From contig JAPDKC010000020.1 of the NCBI GenBank assembly GCA_029258755.1, positions 532 through 64,531 on the forward strand: a stretch of 64,000 nucleotides of DNA, given 5' to 3'. The position numbers and the translations under genes were made by a program. Shown piece by piece: positions 17,132-26,424 of this stretch (its first letter is position 1; every line of letters begins with the position of its first letter). The notes beneath the pieces are model-generated. The model was not told the DNA's origin and ran no database searches. It saw nothing but the letters and a program-made list of their open reading frames with translations. This stretch comes from an archaeon (GTDB lineage: Archaea > Iainarchaeota > Iainarchaeia > Iainarchaeales > DTGL01).

Positions 17132-19850
17132 GAAATTCAAGCTCTTTTCCAGTAAAACCATCGATAAAAATGCGCCTTTTCTTCCCGGTTTTTATATTCT
17201 CCACAATTCCTTCATAGACAGGCCAGTAAATCTCTTTTATAGATGTTACCACGAGCTTCTTCCATATCTTTTGTAGAAGTTCACGCACCTCTCTTTTCGA
17301 ATATCTTTCTTTTTCCTTCATGATAGCTTGTGCAGTAACCAAAGGAAGTTTTTGCAGAGAAAGATGCAGGCTGTGCAAAGGTGTTCTTGGCAGGTCAAAC
17401 TTCTTTTTTATACAATAAAGGATAACACCATTTTTCTCCATCTTTTTAACAAGATCGTTTTCAATAAGCTTCTTTAATATTCTTTTTACCTTGTTTTCAT
17501 CCATAAACGCCTTCTTGCTTACCTGGGATGCACTTAGCGGGGTTGTCAAAAAGTTCAGTACCTTTATCTCATTATCGCTTAAACCATAGAGATCCTTAAG
17601 CCCCTTGGATTCTACAAAGCCTTCTTTAAAATGGAGAAATTCTCCAGTGTAAGAATTTACAAAAAGCACACTTTGCCTAAACATATTCTTTTCGTTAAAA
17701 TAGTTGAATTCGACCTTATAAACAGGTATATACTTGAGGTTAGTTTCTATTAATCGCTCGCTTCCGGGAAGCAAACCAAAGAGCTTGCTAACCTTTTTCC
17801 TAATTTTAGATTCAGCCTTTTCTTTTGCATATCTTATTGGAAAGGCTAAAAGCTCAAGTTTTTCTTCTGCCTCCTTTTCAGGGATTTCAACGGGCTTTTC
17901 TTCCTCAACTTTTTTCATTTCCGGTTCTGACACAGCAGCAGGCTTCTTTTCCTCCAGAAAAACCATGCCTTCTTCCTCATTAACTTTGGCTCCCTTGTTT
18001 TCTAATTCTAATAGCACATCCTGAAGCTCAAGGTTTGAGCTATACTTGGTATTTAACGAGTTCAACGTTCTGCTTATTTCCGCAAGCTTTGCCCTTCCGT
18101 CCCTCTTCAATCTTGCCCAGTACATAGAGCTTATAAGCTTTAGCACTTGCTCATCGCTTAGCTCAACTTTTGTTTCGATTGTTTCGGTTTCCCTGCCTTC
18201 GTGCTGGCTCATTCTAGGCCTTACCTTCATTATGAAAGCCCTGCTTGTTTCTTCTCTGCGGTCACCAACCAAAGCAACGCCTGTAGGCAAAGTCCTTATA
18301 AAAGCCCCTGCCTTGAATTTGTGCGGAATTATTGCAGGTGTTCGCTTATAAACAGCCTTTATATCATCGTTGAAAACAAGCTTGTGAACAATTATTATAT
18401 CAAGCTGGCTTAGTACCTTAGTATCTATTGCCGATGGCTGCTGTGTTGCAAAAACCAGAGAGCAGCCAGGCCTGCGACCCTGCTTTACATATTCTATTAA
18501 AGCATCGCTTGCTGCTGTTTTGATATTTCCACTCGGAATGAGCGTATGTGCTTCATCTATAAAAAGCCACGTTGGCGGAATTTGGATCTCGAGAAGCTCT
18601 TCTGCTGAGCTTTCAAACCGCTTAGCAGCTTCTTTCCTTGTAGCTATCTTTCTTGCAGCTAATATGCGTCTGGCCAGAATTCCTATTACAAGTGCAGTAA
18701 CATTATCATCCAAAAAACTTGTGTCTATAATTGTAAGCTGACCTTCTCTGCTAAGTTCGCTAAGCGGTGTGCCTTCTATATCAAAAATGCCCCATGATTT
18801 AGCAGCCTCAAACCTACTTGTTAGAGCTCTTATAGAATCCACTTTATAGCCGCGGTCTCTAGAATTAAGTTCAGCATCATTTTCTAGGCAGAATATGATA
18901 TCATCAAGTGAATAATCCTTAGTGCCTTTAATTCGCTCTTTATCTATGGTAATATATCCTTTCTCAACTTTCTCTAAAGCTTTTTCTAGCAGCAAACCCG
19001 TTGGGCTAAAGCGATCTATTCCAAATGTTAGGCACCAATCCTGAGCTGTAAGCATTGAGGGCTTTATGGAGAATGTTGCATCATAGGTGCCTTTAGGCGT
19101 CTGAGACTCCATCCCCTTTGGAATAAAAACAACTATATTATCAAGCCCTTTTGGCTCAAGCCCCCATTTTTTTAGCTCCTCAACCTCTTTTTCTTCGCGA
19201 TTGGCATATCTCATGCTCCAGAAGACGCCGACAGGATCAACAACAATTATGCCAACATCGGGGTTTTTTAGCGCTAGCTCCTCAGCAATCACGCCAAGCA
19301 CATAACTTTTTCCGCTGCCACGAGCACCGCAAACAAAAACAACATGAGGATTTAAACTATCTAACAAGATATCCTTTTCTTTATAGCCAGGTTCGTGTAC
19401 GCGGCCTATAAAAAGAGCTGCTTGTGATCCATACTTTTCATATACGGATTTTTTTCTGCCAATAAACGCTCGGCCTTCCTCATCTTCAAGGAATTTTAGT
19501 TCAGGAAGTATAATATCGCTTCCCTCCGCAACTACAACCTTCCCTTTATCCTCCTTCTTAGCTTTTTTCTTATCTCCTTCTTTTTTCTCCCCTTTTTTAT
19601 CTTCCTTAATTTCTTCTCCCCTTTCCTCTTCAAGAACGGCTTCCTCTTTTATGTTTTTTTCTTTTTCCGGCTCAGCGTATATGCTTTCGCTTTCTTTACT
19701 TTCCTTTTCTATTTTTTCTTTTTCCTTTTTTGCAATCTCACTCAGCTTTTTCCTAGCTTCTTTCAGCTCCTCATCTAAGCCAAACACTTCCTCAAATAAG
19801 TCCTGCTCTTCACTATCCTTCTCTATAACAACCCTTTTCTTCTCGGCCAT
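17121..19850 (-). CDS. HerA/FtsK-superfamily P-loop ATPase (DUF87-like) with a K/E-rich disordered N-terminus and a C-terminal extension of about 340 aa containing a winged-helix-like segment
   Basis: Walker A 'VFVCGARGSGKSYVLGV' and Walker B 'WLFIDEAHTLIP'. HerA-type 'SLVFATQQPSAIDTKVLSQLDIIIVHKLVFNDD'. The N-terminal 110 aa is KE low-complexity. Confidence 0.65.
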   Translation of the reverse strand: MAEKKRVVIEKDSEEQDLFEEVFGLDEELKEARKKLSEIAKKEKEKIEKESKESESIYAEPEKEKNIKEEAVLEEERGEEIKEDKKGEKKEGDKKKAKKEDKGKVVVAEGSDIILPELKFLEDEEGRAFIGRKKSVYEKYGSQAALFIGRVHEPGYKEKDILLDSLNPHVVFVCGARGSGKSYVLGVIAEELALKNPDVGIIVVDPVGVFWSMRYANREEKEVEELKKWGLEPKGLDNIVVFIPKGMESQTPKGTYDATFSIKPSMLTAQDWCLTFGIDRFSPTGLLLEKALEKVEKGYITIDKERIKGTKDYSLDDIIFCLENDAELNSRDRGYKVDSIRALTSRFEAAKSWGIFDIEGTPLSELSREGQLTIIDTSFLDDNVTALVIGILARRILAARKIATRKEAAKRFESSAEELLEIQIPPTWLFIDEAHTLIPSGNIKTAASDALIEYVKQGRRPGCSLVFATQQPSAIDTKVLSQLDIIIVHKLVFNDDIKAVYKRTPAIIPHKFKAGAFIRTLPTGVALVGDRREETSRAFIMKVRPRMSQHEGRETETIETKVELSDEQVLKLISSMYWARLKRDGRAKLAEISRTLNSLNTKYSSNLELQDVLLELENKGAKVNEEEGMVFLEEKKPAAVSEPEMKKVEEEKPVEIPEKEAEEKLELLAFPIRYAKEKAESKIRKKVSKLFGLLPGSERLIETNLKYIPVYKVEFNYFNEKNMFRQSVLFVNSYTGEFLHFKEGFVESKGLKDLYGLSDNEIKVLNFLTTPLSASQVSKKAFMDENKVKRILKKLIENDLVKKMEKNGVILYCIKKKFDLPRTPLHSLHLSLQKLPLVTAQAIMKEKERYSKREVRELLQKIWKKLVVTSIKEIYWPVYEGIVENIKTGKKRRIFIDGFTGKELEFLSA

Positions 19851-19949
19851 GCAAAACCCTTAATCATTTTCAACAAGCTCTATATTAAGAATAATTTTGA
19901 TAATTAAATTACTTTCGATTCAAGTGCTTTTACCCAAAAATTTTGCATT

Positions 19950-19960
19950 AAATTTTATAA
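19950..19960 (+). promoter_or_regulatory. TATA-box-like element about 30 nt upstream of the HIT gene ATG
   Basis: 'aattttataa' lies in the divergent intergenic region; the spacing suits a leaderless or short-leader archaeal promoter. Confidence 0.3.
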
Positions 19961-19985
19961 CTGTTATTGCGCATTATTTCCTTTT

Positions 19986-20441
19986 ATGGAGTGCGTGTTT
20001 TGTAAGATCGCTAACGGTGAGCTGCCAGCTGCAAAGATATGGGAAAGCCCCGAGTATATAGCAATTCTAGATATAAATCCGAACACAAAAGGCACGACTC
20101 TTGTTATACCAAAGAAGCACATAAGCTCTTACATCTTTGACGCTAGCGATGAGGAATATACAAAGCTTTTGTTAGCGGCAAAACAAGTGGCAAAGATTCT
20201 TGAGAAAGGGCTTTGCTTGGAAAGGGTTGCTATGGTTATGGAAGGCACAGGCATAGACCATGCTCACATAAAGCTTATTCCGTTACATGGTATTTCTAAG
20301 CTTGCAAGCGGAATAGAAAGCAAAGAGCGCGTTTATTTCGAAAAATACCCTGGTTATATAACCACACAACTAGGCCCTCAGGCAGATATTGCAGAACTGG
20401 AAAAGCTTGCTGAAGAAATCAGGAAGAAAGTGCAAGCATAG
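19986..20441 (+). CDS. HIT-family (histidine triad) nucleotide hydrolase
   Basis: 'DHAHIKLIP' HIT motif and N-terminal 'CVFCKI' typical of HINT proteins. Confidence 0.85.
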   Translation: MECVFCKIANGELPAAKIWESPEYIAILDINPNTKGTTLVIPKKHISSYIFDASDEEYTKLLLAAKQVAKILEKGLCLERVAMVMEGTGIDHAHIKLIPLHGISKLASGIESKERVYFEKYPGYITTQLGPQADIAELEKLAEEIRKKVQA

Positions 20442-20556
20442 CTACTTGTGGCTGGAAAAAGGACAGGTCAAGTTATAGTTAACCTATACGGTTTGTAATA
20501 CTTGACAGCAACAAACCTACGATACCTTTAAATTTAGAGAAAAATTCAACTTAGGT

Positions 20557-21456
20557 ATGCCTTTTCTTAGAAGAGCCATAATAAAATTAGGGCTAGGTAA
20601 AGGGAAGCGTAGGAAAGCTGCTTCAAAGAAAAGGCAGTGGCTCATACCAGATGAAAGGGAAATCTATGAAAGCATGCGAGAGCAAGGTTGGGGCTATTCA
20701 GATTTGGGAAAGCAAGCACTCGTGCCCAAGAGCAAAGACATATCTGAAAAATTGGGCATAGCCAAAGGTTCGCGAATTTTGTTTTTTGCAGGATGTTATG
20801 GGGACTGGGCAAATGCTTTAGCAAGAGATGGAAATCGCGTTGTTTACTCCGATGTATCTGCTGATATGGTAAGAGGTATAAGAAGCTCTGTAAAAGGCGC
20901 ATCTTTTGAAAGAACAAGAGTACTTGAGGCCTCTCAATGGCCTAGAAGGCCTAATGAATACGACTGGAGCGTTTCCTTTGAGCCGATACCGTTACAGGAT
21001 GAGGCGCTTCATTTAGTGCTAATGCGTTCTTTGTTGAACAAAAAAGGGGCAAAAATTATATACAGCAGAGCTTACCTATTCGAAATAAAAAACTACATAT
21101 ACAAAGTTGCTAAGGGAATTGCAAAACTATACGGAGCGAGAAGTAGGAAAAAAAGCGTTGAAATTGAAAATATTGGGAATCGTGGAAAACGTATTGAAAG
21201 AGTAACTGTCATAACACTCGAAACAAATGAACAGGCAAGAAGAAAAGCGTGGATTGATATGCAAGTATTGAAAGCCGTTAGATCAGAAAGAGATAAAAAA
21301 AGGAGCAAGAAAATAAAGCTTAATGATCTGTTAAAAAATGAGAGGATAAAGCGCCTTAAGCTTTCTAAGGAAGAACTTACAGAAAGTCTCCGCAGATTGG
21401 AAGCACTGTCCAAATTAGCAAGTTATTCATTAACAGTGGTTATACAAAGCGAATAA
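20557..21456 (+). CDS. Hypothetical protein, possibly a Rossmann-fold SAM-methyltransferase-like protein, with a K/R-rich coiled-coil C-terminus
   Basis: 'SRILFFAGCYGDWANALARDGNRVVYSDVS' resembles MTase motif I followed by the acidic residue of beta-2. No other motifs were recognised. Confidence 0.35.
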   Translation: MPFLRRAIIKLGLGKGKRRKAASKKRQWLIPDEREIYESMREQGWGYSDLGKQALVPKSKDISEKLGIAKGSRILFFAGCYGDWANALARDGNRVVYSDVSADMVRGIRSSVKGASFERTRVLEASQWPRRPNEYDWSVSFEPIPLQDEALHLVLMRSLLNKKGAKIIYSRAYLFEIKNYIYKVAKGIAKLYGARSRKKSVEIENIGNRGKRIERVTVITLETNEQARRKAWIDMQVLKAVRSERDKKRSKKIKLNDLLKNERIKRLKLSKEELTESLRRLEALSKLASYSLTVVIQSE

Positions 21457-21638
21457 TACTCGCTTTTACTCTGGCTTTGCGTCATAATTATTTTCCCCAA
21501 CAAATTTCCAGTTACATTTTATCTCTATAAATGCAAATATTTAATTTTTATCTAAGAGGGGCCGCGCGTAGCGATAATTTTGATACAAAACTCCAGCAAT
21601 AAAAAATATAAAAAGGAGCCGAAAACATTATTTTTACT

Positions 21639-22925
21639 ATGCACGCTGGCGAAAAATTTTTTATTGCTTTTATAGGAGTCGCTGCTCTATTGTTTTTTAT
21701 AAGCATTATTCTTCTTTATTTACCGGCAGAAACCGGACAAACAAACAAGAGCATAAGTGGTTCTGCTGAAAAACCTTCGCAAGATATTTCACAAGATATA
21801 CTTAAAGAGATTGAAGAAAAAACTGGCATAAAGATACCTGAAGAGGTTAAAGAAGCTGCTAAAGACGCTTCCGTTTGCGAGAGGATATCTAAAGGACTGG
21901 GCAGGGATATGTGTTATGAGAATTATGCTACACTATATAAAAACCCCGCCCTTTGCGAAAAGATAGAGAATGAAACATATAGAAACCAATGCTATTCGCA
22001 TACAAGTGAGTTTTCTTCAGATCCAGCGCTATGTGAAAAGATAACTTCTGATGTTGAGAGGGATAGGTGCTATAAAAATATTGCACTAAATAAAAAAGAT
22101 GTTTCGCTATGCGACAAGATTTCTGGAAATGTGGAATACATAAAAAAGTGGGACTGCTATAAGGATGTTGCCATAGCGAAAAAGGACCCAACAATTTGCG
22201 ATATGATGGAAGAACAGCGTGAAGTATGCTACTCCGATTTAGCAACCGCTCTTAATGATGCATCTCTTTGCAGCAAGAGTTCAAATCCGGAGTATTGCTA
22301 TTACACTATTGCATTAAACACATTGGACCCAGCTCCTTGCAAGAATAGTGGTGATTGGAAACAGAAATGTTACGAAGAGATTGCATTAACTAAGAAGGAT
22401 TATTCAATTTGTGAAAAATTAGAGCTGCGCAAAGCAGATTGTTTTTATAAAATTGCTTTGGACAAAAAAGATCCTTCGATTTGTGGTAAAGCTTCAGAGG
22501 AAAGCGTTGCAGGTAACTGCTATTACCTCCTTTCCATAGATATGAACAACCCTTCTCTTTGCGATGAGATTCTAGATACAACCTATAAAAATCGTTGTTA
22601 TAGCACGTTTGCTTATGCATTGAATGATACTTCATTTTGTGAGAAGATGGAAACTAGTGAAGGGGAAAAAGATTGTTATATTACACTTGCGAAAAAACTT
22701 AATGACAGCAGCATATGCGGCAAAGCCACAGAGGTTGAGATTAAAGACAAGTGCTATCATGAAATGGCTGTAAAAGCCAAAGATGGTTCTTTATGTGCTT
22801 ATATTCAAAGCACGGAAGAGAAGGATTCCTGCTATTTAGAGGTCGCCCTAAATATAGATGATCCTACCTTATGTGATAACATTCAAGATTCCGGAAAGAG
22901 GGAGTTTTGCCTTAAGTATAGCTGA
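21639..22925 (+). CDS. Membrane-anchored, cysteine-pair tandem-repeat protein (about 14 degenerate repeats of 24-29 aa)
   Basis: N-terminal TM 'FFIAFIGVAALLFFISIILLYL'. From about 21870 onward the unit is C-x2-[IL]-x5-9-C-[YF]-x3-[AL]-x3-4-[DN]-x-[ST]-[LIF], for example 'CEKITSDVERDRCYKNIALNKKDVSL' and 'CEKLELRKADCFYKIALDKKDPSI'. Confidence 0.6.
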   Translation: MHAGEKFFIAFIGVAALLFFISIILLYLPAETGQTNKSISGSAEKPSQDISQDILKEIEEKTGIKIPEEVKEAAKDASVCERISKGLGRDMCYENYATLYKNPALCEKIENETYRNQCYSHTSEFSSDPALCEKITSDVERDRCYKNIALNKKDVSLCDKISGNVEYIKKWDCYKDVAIAKKDPTICDMMEEQREVCYSDLATALNDASLCSKSSNPEYCYYTIALNTLDPAPCKNSGDWKQKCYEEIALTKKDYSICEKLELRKADCFYKIALDKKDPSICGKASEESVAGNCYYLLSIDMNNPSLCDEILDTTYKNRCYSTFAYALNDTSFCEKMETSEGEKDCYITLAKKLNDSSICGKATEVEIKDKCYHEMAVKAKDGSLCAYIQSTEEKDSCYLEVALNIDDPTLCDNIQDSGKREFCLKYS

Positions 22926-22939
22926 CAGATTTCCTCAGC

Positions 22940-23431
22940 TTATTCTTTTTTGAAAATCACGTGCTCTGTGTAAGGATCCCCTTTCCATAAATGTTTTGTG
23001 GTTTTGTAATCCCAGTTATCGCCAAGCAAATAGTGCACCTTAAAGCGCATATACGTTGCATCAAGCTTCTCTGGTTCTACATGACCTTTTAGGTTTGGAA
23101 AGGGGTCTGTATGAAACTGATAAACTATCCTGTTCTCTGAAACTTCTGGAAATTCAACATGCAGGCCAACACTTTCGTCTCTGGTGCGCAAAACCCTTGC
23201 GAAATCCCGCGGATCGCCTTTTTTAAATCCCATCGCGTCATAGGCCTTTTTCAAGCCCCGTTCCATAATTTTTGTGAATATCTCCAGAGCTTTTTCTTCG
23301 CCAAATTCTTCCTTTAAAACAAGAAAAGTATTCTCATACAAGGCAAAGAATGGAGCATTATATTCTTTCATGAACCATAACAATAACCAAAAATAATAAA
23401 TTTCTTTTCGATCTTTTAAAAGAGTAAGCAT
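22940..23431 (-). CDS. Hypothetical protein
   Basis: Intact 163-aa ORF filling the gap between flanking genes. No recognised motifs. Confidence 0.4.
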   Translation of the reverse strand: MLTLLKDRKEIYYFWLLLWFMKEYNAPFFALYENTFLVLKEEFGEEKALEIFTKIMERGLKKAYDAMGFKKGDPRDFARVLRTRDESVGLHVEFPEVSENRIVYQFHTDPFPNLKGHVEPEKLDATYMRFKVHYLLGDNWDYKTTKHLWKGDPYTEHVIFKKE

Positions 23432-24821
23432 GATAGATGAGTATGAGCAGTCACGAAAAATAAAATTTATTATGGTATTGGGGCTTTTTCTAGCCTTCTT
23501 TTTGATTTTTAGTTTATGGTTAGTGACATATTTTCAACCAAAAAAAGCACCCGACGAAAAAACTCAGAGCGAGGATATAACACAAGCACCACCAAACAAA
23601 TACAACCAAGTTCAAAAGTCTAATAAAATAGATCTAGATCCATCTCAACTGCCAGAAAAATGGAGGAATTTATATGAAAAAATAAGGACTATAAGCGTTA
23701 CATGTAACGAAATCACTTCAAATATTCTTTCATCTATTGATGGTGTTTTAAATGGTAATATTGCCAAAGAAGAATTTTGTGCAGGTCCTGGAAAACAGCT
23801 GAGAGAGAAGTTGGCCCAGCTGATAGAGGACGTCAACAGTTTAAGAAAAATCAAAGAAAGTAAAGATTATAATAAAATGGATTCTTGGGAAAAGGACATT
23901 GTAAAGAAGGTGGTGAAATACTCTGTTGGTCCTTCAGATTGGAAAAAATGGAGCTCATATATCAAAAAATATTGTGAAGGGGTTTTTACAGAAGAGTCTC
24001 TGCAACTTATAAAGAAAGAGATAGAAAAATATAGCAAGTATGGTGGTTCTTGCTCAATGTGGGAGGATTATAGCGAACGTGTGCTAAAGTATGAACTAGC
24101 AAAAGAAGAGGGGGTTATGAATGCATATCAATTAGGCACAGTAGTAGAGCCAATTAACAAGGATTTGAATGTTTCTATAAAAAGCATAAAGATTGTAAAG
24201 GCGCCTGTGGTTAGATACCTTTCGGAAAGAGACTTTAATTCAGAGGAGTTAATTGAAATAAAAAGAAAAGTTAGAGATTTTTATCTTAACGGTGGTTGTG
24301 AAGAATACGACCTTCCTTCATATTATATGGAAAAATGCGAAGAATATGAAAAAAATTATAAGGAAATTGTGGATAAATACAGAAATAGACTGCCTGAGCT
24401 TATCTCCATAAAATGCGAGTATACTTACAAGTATATTTATACAGATTACGGAGAGTATGTGACACCGACAACCTATATGGTCGATATTTTAATATATGAT
24501 AAACGTAAAGATAAATTTTACCATGGGAGCATTCTTCCTCCCTACACAAATTTCAGTGATAACGTCCAGTCCTTATCTTATTTAACGCCACACATAGTAA
24601 TAAGAGAATTTTTCGATAAAAATTTAGCAGAAATAAAATATCCGTTATATATTATCTGTGTACATGAAAAGGTCTTGGGTCGCACGAAATTTAACAAAGA
24701 ATCATTCGAGGTTATGGTACTAGATGATATGTATTATTGGATATATTTTAAGGATGAATCATATTATAGTCCTTCTATCACAATATTTGAGTTTATTCCT
24801 TCCCAAGTGTTTCAAAAATAG
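23430..24821 (+). CDS. Hypothetical membrane-anchored protein (N-terminal TM; Y/K/E-rich, Cys-containing ectodomain)
   Basis: TM 'FIMVLGLFLAFFLIFSLWLVTYF' followed by about 430 aa with no recognised motifs. Confidence 0.45.
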   Translation: MIDEYEQSRKIKFIMVLGLFLAFFLIFSLWLVTYFQPKKAPDEKTQSEDITQAPPNKYNQVQKSNKIDLDPSQLPEKWRNLYEKIRTISVTCNEITSNILSSIDGVLNGNIAKEEFCAGPGKQLREKLAQLIEDVNSLRKIKESKDYNKMDSWEKDIVKKVVKYSVGPSDWKKWSSYIKKYCEGVFTEESLQLIKKEIEKYSKYGGSCSMWEDYSERVLKYELAKEEGVMNAYQLGTVVEPINKDLNVSIKSIKIVKAPVVRYLSERDFNSEELIEIKRKVRDFYLNGGCEEYDLPSYYMEKCEEYEKNYKEIVDKYRNRLPELISIKCEYTYKYIYTDYGEYVTPTTYMVDILIYDKRKDKFYHGSILPPYTNFSDNVQSLSYLTPHIVIREFFDKNLAEIKYPLYIICVHEKVLGRTKFNKESFEVMVLDDMYYWIYFKDESYYSPSITIFEFIPSQVFQK

Positions 24822-24876
24822 GAGGCTTACAGTAAAACTTATAAATGATTTTATGCTCCTTTTACAGTGATGTGCT

Positions 24877-25446
24877 ATGTCTGAGGAAAAGGTTTTGTAT
24901 GAGGGAAAGCCGAGCAAGAAGCTTTTTCTTGCCTGGCTACTATCTCCAAGGGTTCTTGGCATCATTATACTTGCTTTAGGAATAGCCACTATTTATTATT
25001 CTCTGATGGTGGCAAAAACCTTCTATGAAATAGCTTCCAAGGGGCCTAAGGAAGTGCTACACGGGCAGGAATATAGTTATGATAATCCCTTCTATGTTGG
25101 CGCATTTTGTTTTGCAATAGCTTTTTTGCTGTACCTTACATATCTCTACTTTTTAATGAGAACATACCAATATAGAATTACAAGCAAAGGCATTTACTTT
25201 AGCGGAGGCATCTTTATAAGGAAATCAAAGTTTGTGCCATTTTACAAGGTTACAAATATTGAGATAACGCAAACAATTGTTGAAAGAGCTTTTGGTATAG
25301 CAACAATCAATATACAAACTGCTGGCATGGGCATGCACATTCCAGAAATCCGGTTTGAAGGACTTGAAGATGTAGAAAAGCCTTATGGAATAATAAAAGA
25401 GGCTATGGGAAAGCTCCAGAAGCAAGCCAAGCTTCACAGCGAATAG
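24877..25446 (+). CDS. Membrane protein with a bacterial-type PH domain (YdbS/YdbT, DUF304-like)
   Basis: Two N-terminal TM helices, then 'YRITSKGIYFSGGIFIRKSKFVPFYKVTNIEITQTIVERAFGIATINI', which is typical of bPH_2. Confidence 0.6.
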   Translation: MSEEKVLYEGKPSKKLFLAWLLSPRVLGIIILALGIATIYYSLMVAKTFYEIASKGPKEVLHGQEYSYDNPFYVGAFCFAIAFLLYLTYLYFLMRTYQYRITSKGIYFSGGIFIRKSKFVPFYKVTNIEITQTIVERAFGIATINIQTAGMGMHIPEIRFEGLEDVEKPYGIIKEAMGKLQKQAKLHSE

Positions 25447-25498
25447 TAGCAGCTTTTTTAATTTTGTTTCTGCCAAATTTTAACATAGAGATGCCTAT

Positions 25499-25570
25499 GG
25501 GCCGGTAGCTCAATGGAAGAGCGCTGCCTTCGCACGGCAGAGGCTCCGGGTTCAAGTCCCGGCCGGTCCA
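25499..25570 (+). tRNA. tRNA-Ala (anticodon CGC), no encoded CCA
   Basis: Cloverleaf folded by hand. Acceptor GGGCCGG/CCGGTCC with a G3:U70 wobble, the Ala identity element. D-arm GCTC/GAGC. Anticodon arm CTGCC-TTCGCAC-GGCAG. T-arm CCGGG-TTCAAGT-CCCGG. Discriminator A. Confidence 0.85.
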
Positions 25571-25617
25571 TGCCAAACAATTTTAACTTCTTTTGTTTCT
25601 ATCTATATGGGGGCAGG

Positions 25618-26424
25618 ATGGTAATAATCTATAAAAAGGGAAGCAATTTCCAGCTTTCCCTAACAGATTCGAATGCTGCAAAGCTTGGCTTAAAGCCACA
25701 GGCGGAATACGAGTTGGTTAAGCTAAGCGATGATGTTTTCGCTTTGGTTGAGAAGAGGGTTTCGCAAAGGACTGAAGAACTCGATAAGCGAATTTTTTCG
25801 CTTCTTAAGCGCAAAAAGCTTTCTGAAAGGGTTGAAGGCAAATTCGAGAAGTTATTAAATAGCGCCGAGCTCAAAAGATTTAAGGAATTGATAAGGCAGG
25901 GCAAGATAATCCCATTCAAGCTTTCAGCAAAATATAAGAGAGCGGTATATAAAACTCCCGAAGAGATAAAAGGCGTGGAAAAGAAGGAAAGAAAACAAGA
26001 GCTTCCTTACACCGAAGGAAAAGAAGCAAAGGGCATAACAGAACCTGTAGGGGAAGAGCTAACCCCGATTGTTGCACCGCGCATTGATCAAACAAAGCAG
26101 TTTGAAAAGCATTCATATGCGATAATAAGGGATGAGGCACTTGCAAAGGAGCTCTCTTCGCGACTAAGCTCGGATATAAAGCGCAGAGAAGTTTTGGGCA
26201 TAAAGACCTTCGATGGTGAATATTATATTATAAAGAGAGAGCTTTACGAGAAGTATAGCCCTGTAATATTAAAGTATATTCAGGATAATTCTCCAATAAG
26301 TGCTGACAGGATCGCTAGCGATTTGCGCATAGATAAAAAGCTTGTGAAAATCGTCTGTGAGTTTTTGCGCGAAGAAGGCGAGATTGTAGAGAGACGCAGA
26401 GAGCTTTACGAATACGTCAAGTGA
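25618..26424 (+). CDS. Hypothetical K/E-rich protein, probably with a C-terminal winged-helix domain
   Basis: The track ORF at 25513 begins inside the tRNA. The start is reassigned to the internal Met 'MVIIYKKGSN' at 25618. Confidence 0.45.
   Translation: MVIIYKKGSNFQLSLTDSNAAKLGLKPQAEYELVKLSDDVFALVEKRVSQRTEELDKRIFSLLKRKKLSERVEGKFEKLLNSAELKRFKELIRQGKIIPFKLSAKYKRAVYKTPEEIKGVEKKERKQELPYTEGKEAKGITEPVGEELTPIVAPRIDQTKQFEKHSYAIIRDEALAKELSSRLSSDIKRREVLGIKTFDGEYYIIKRELYEKYSPVILKYIQDNSPISADRIASDLRIDKKLVKIVCEFLREEGEIVERRRELYEYVK

Noticed and set aside
19151-19411. Q/R-rich plus-strand ORF inside the HerA-like gene
   Set aside because: It is antisense to a motif-supported ATPase CDS.
20455-20556. Near-palindromic 'aggtcaagttatagttaacct' upstream of the MTase-like gene as an operator
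   Set aside because: The palindrome is imperfect and short (the core 'gttaac' is trivially palindromic). There is no second copy and no regulator gene to link it to.
25513-25617. The N-terminal 35 codons of the track ORF 25513-26424
   Set aside because: This stretch is the tRNA-Ala sequence read as protein; the start was moved to 25618.
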